Shown one piece after another: positions 60,348 through 64,000 of a DNA stretch of 64,000 bases. The notes under the pieces were generated by a model that was given only the letters and a program-made list of their open reading frames with translations, ran no database searches and was not told the origin of the DNA. The stretch's first letter is position 1. Each line of letters begins with the position of its first letter. The position numbers and the translations under genes were made by a program. The stretch is from Ionaspis alba (taxonomy: Eukaryota): positions 62,001 to 126,000 of the forward strand of contig CAXUUL010000001.1 in assembly GCA_964255285.1 (NCBI GenBank), read 5' to 3'.

Positions 60348-63300
60348 ATGAGTCGCAAGCAATTCAGGTCCCAAGCCTCCAGCAGTCGGGCAGCATCTGG
60401 TGGATTTGCAGCTCCTGAGAGAGCTTTTGGTGACTCAGACTTCGGAACGACTCAATCCTTCGTTGCTGTCTCATCCTCACCTCTCTCATATGTCTATGAG
60501 CCTCCTGGCCTTAGCCAGATTAGTAACCCTCTCATCGTGGTGGCCTTAAAGAACTTGCAAAAGAAGGATAGCACGACGAAATCAAAAGCGCTCGAGGATT
60601 TGCAAAATCACATTGCATCACTTCCAGACGCGAAAGAAGGGGTGGAGGATGCTTTACTGGAGGCATGGGTGGGTCTTCTCGATGAAATTACGTCTTTGTG
60701 AAGGATACATGGTAATGAGATGCTGTGATAGATCAAATTATATCCTCGAACCTCAATAGATAGCTCTCGTCGAGTACGTCAACTTGCCCACACTTTTCAA
60801 GGTCTGATCGCGGTGTCATGTGGCAAACGTATAGCGAAGCATATGCCCGAGGCTGTCGGAGCCTGGCTGGGTGGGTCATTCGACAATGATAAACTTGTTT
60901 CGCGGGCGTCTAAAGAAGCTTTCTCGAACGTATTCTCGGGCCAAGACAAGCAAAGAACTGTATGGAAGGTTTACCAGGCTCAGATTCTTACTTACTGCAA
61001 AGACGCCCTGTTCAACGAGACGGTGCAGACACTGAGTGACGAACGAATCACTAGTCTAGATGATGCAGAAGCCAAATACGCTAGGGTCATCGGCACTTCA
61101 CTGTTGACACTCGCCAATATCACAGGTGAGTGATTTTGTAGTGACTGGATTCAATGTATCTGATCAGCCTTCTACAGAGATACTGTCCAGTGGGGAGTCG
61201 GCAGAACAAAAGCGCTTATATCGTCAAATCGTGAATACAGACACGGTCTGGAAATTCTCAACTCATGGTGATGCGTTTGTCCGTCGAGCTGTCTATAGAT
61301 TGCTTGCGGGTGTACTAGAGACGAGTTTAGACGATCTGTTGGACTTTTCGATCCTCAGTAACAATGTTCTTCAGGCATCTCTCAACATCGACCAGACCGG
61401 ATCCTCTCAAGACTATGTGACTACCTTGGTCCGCTTGACAACAAGATTTCCCAAGATATGGACTGAATTTTACCATGAATCAGGTAAGAAGTCTGCTCAC
61501 AGAAGACTATGCCAGTACATAAGGAAGGGGTCACAAGGTGCCTCGCCTGAATTTTGGAATCAGATTACGTCCCTCCTCGAGCTTCTTCCGAGCAATATAA
61601 TACATCCAGAGAGGGAGCCTGATCCCGCATGTGGAGAAGGAGAGCTAAAATCGTTCCCCGTACTCAAGGCCCTCCAGGACGGTATCATACGGAATGGTGA
61701 GCTCCGGATGGGTTCCATTGAAGCCTGGCGAGCCTACATCCACCTCGTCGAACTTCTCCGATCCTCGCTAGCCTCACAAGAGGCACGGAACCAGCTTTGG
61801 CACAGCTCACTCATTCCAATCATTGGTCAGTACGTGCGACCAAGCTCTGAAAACGTAGAGTGGAGCTTGGGCATATCTGAAGGGGAGAACGTATGTGTGC
61901 TTGCGGTCGAAATGGTCTGGTGTCATGCGCCGGACGCCCTCGAGGAAGTTTGGCGAGATCTGTCATCCTCTATCGTTCGTGATCTCCAAACTTCGCACCC
62001 TGAGCAATCCAAAGACTACAGGAAATCTCAAGATTCAATTGCGCTCGAGATTCACCGTTGGTACTCGCTAGAAGGGACCGTCTTGAGACGTGGTCTTAGC
62101 AAAAACATTGAACATCTGTTCGACGATACGGCGATAACAGAACTGAGAGCTGCAATTGACATTCTGAAGAACCGAAACGGAAAGCCATACAGTGCTGCAT
62201 CCGTTCTCGATAGTGCAATTCATTTTCTTCCAGAGGCAACGCTGTTTCAAGAACGTACGAAGGGCATTCTCTTAGACTTTTGTCATAGAGATCTTCCACA
62301 TCTACTTCTTTCTCCGTCATCTAGTTACATTGTAAGGTTCTTGAGTGGACTTTCAACATTCTCAGATACTCAGGAGATTTACGAAGACAGCGTCAAGATT
62401 CTTGTTCAAGCGCCTAATTCCGACACGAAACATGAGGTTCTCCGAAATCTCATATCGTTGCCCTTGTTTGGCAAACCCTCGATCTCCACCAAACTCCTCA
62501 ACGTCGTCCAAGAAAGTTTGCAGCACATCTTAGAAGGTCGTCAGGATGACTGGACGTTGGTGGAAGAGGCAATTGACAATCCGACTGCACCAGACGAACT
62601 GAAGAACAACCTATTAGTCATGATGACCAAAAGCCTTTCGATTGAGCGCCAGGCAGAGGCTGGGCTTCGTGGCCTAGAGGTTGTACTGAAAAGAAACAGG
62701 AGAACAATGCAGTCATTCAATGCCACCTCTAAGGGTGCGGATCTTCTGTCAAAGCTCTTGTTTCTAACCGAGTCATCGAATGGACGCGTTGAAAAGCATG
62801 CGCTCAGCCTCTATACCGCTCTCCAGGCAATCTCCTCGCAAGATGATGTGAGCCAGACGAGGAAATCGTTGGTTAAGATTCTCAAGAGGGGTCTTGATAC
62901 AGCAGACTCGACCTCTTTATCGTATGTAAAAGCTTCCATGCATCTCTTTGCGCAAATTTCTGATATTCCCTCTCACTAGCATATCCTCCCTTACACAGCA
63001 AGCTGAGCGTCTTGCGAATGATGCCACAGATGAGGAGCGAACTGACCTTGCAGTTGAGCTCTTCCCAGACTCCGGACGCTGGCGAAAGGCCATGGAACCT
63101 TTCTTGGCACAAGCCCCTACAACGACTCTAGCAATCACCAATCTCTTGGGAGGGGCGATTTACTTGGTCGACCAGCCGCAGCTAAATGTCGATACCACCT
63201 GGCTTACAATAGAACGGGATCTTGATGGCTTCTCCTCAGCACTTCGAATGGCATGGTTTGTCACCAAGCTAATTCGCTCCATCCCTTTATTTGAGGAACT

Positions 63301-64000
63301 TCCTGAAGACCTCCGTTCAGTGACCATCCGATTCCTCGCAATCTTTAGCCAACTTGCCAGTGATAATCTCAGCGTACCTCAAATGAATGGCCTTTGGATA
63401 TTCACGGAATCCGGCATTGAACCAGAAATGGTAGATCTCGTTGCAGATGTTCAGAAATTGATCGCATCATGGTTACACGACCCATCGGCAGTTACCGGGT
63501 TTGTCTTTTTAGCTCAACAAACACTGTTGGAGCAATCGACAGGTAGATCTCCGGCAGCTTATCATCATGCTCGAGCTTACGCTGCCATGTCTCTTGAGAT
63601 GAAGGAACTTCACAGTGTGACGCCCTCTAGTATTGACGAGGATCGGATCAAGAGAGTCAACAAAAGCCCAAATATTATAGCAGAGATTGCATTCTTGTTC
63701 GGCGTTCGAAACTCGAAGAACATAGTGGCGATTTGCAATAAGCTCATTGCAGATCTGACTGCTGTGAATTTCCCAGATCGTGAGGCAGAAGGTATGCCCA
63801 TCTCCCCTTTTGGTCGACATTGTTGCTGAACTGTTCAGGTTTTCGCTGCTTGCTGCTGTTAAATTGCATCCTTGAAAGTCAAAATGGTCTTCTAACACAT
63901 ATACCTCAGCAGCGGATTGTTCTCTACGTCAGGCACATCATTGCCCAGCTACTTTCATCTTCCTTAGCTCCCAGTCTCGTTGCCGAGGTCTATAAGACGT
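60348..64000 (+). CDS. RKR1: E3 ubiquitin ligase listerin (Rkr1/Ltn1), 5' part; runs off the window end
   Basis: N-terminal motifs KNLQKKDSTTKSKALEDL, W..LYPRTSID.SRRVR.LAH, GAWLGG.FDND..V and ET..TLSDER. Multiple introns; the RING domain is not within the window. Confidence 0.92.

Overview
Gene-dense eukaryotic DNA from a filamentous ascomycete (Pezizomycotina, inferred from protein sequences and from short GT-AG introns with CTRAC/CTRAY branch points; the class cannot be fixed from sequence alone). About 27 protein-coding genes are supported. Most are housekeeping: DEF1 (partial), RPS0, SPB4, DGK1, ARP10, YEN1/GEN1, DEG1/PUS3, mitochondrial uS15, SDS3-like, HSP31/DJ-1, VMA6, NOP58, RPC17, PIG-H, PRS5, a Hub1-like gene and RKR1/LTN1 (partial), plus several conserved or orphan hypothetical genes. 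There is one 100-N gap with a duplicated 55-bp flank. The main items worth a second look are: (1) a 186-bp element with 32-bp terminal inverted repeats, CAC...GTG ends and a flanking 5-bp AGGGG duplication (Transib-like architecture) inside a highly self-complementary divergent promoter; (2) the adjacent gene, which fuses a PARP6/8-like ADP-ribosyltransferase domain to a UBE2Q-like E2 domain; (3) a ~200-bp-period degenerate repeat array with a conserved hairpin and variable loop at 11.0-11.6 kb; (4) a long, multi-hairpin intron in PIG-H; (5) an RS/RD-domain-fused Hub1, an atypical Rho-like GTPase and two decayed genes. All calls come from reading and recognising motifs by eye; no searches were run.
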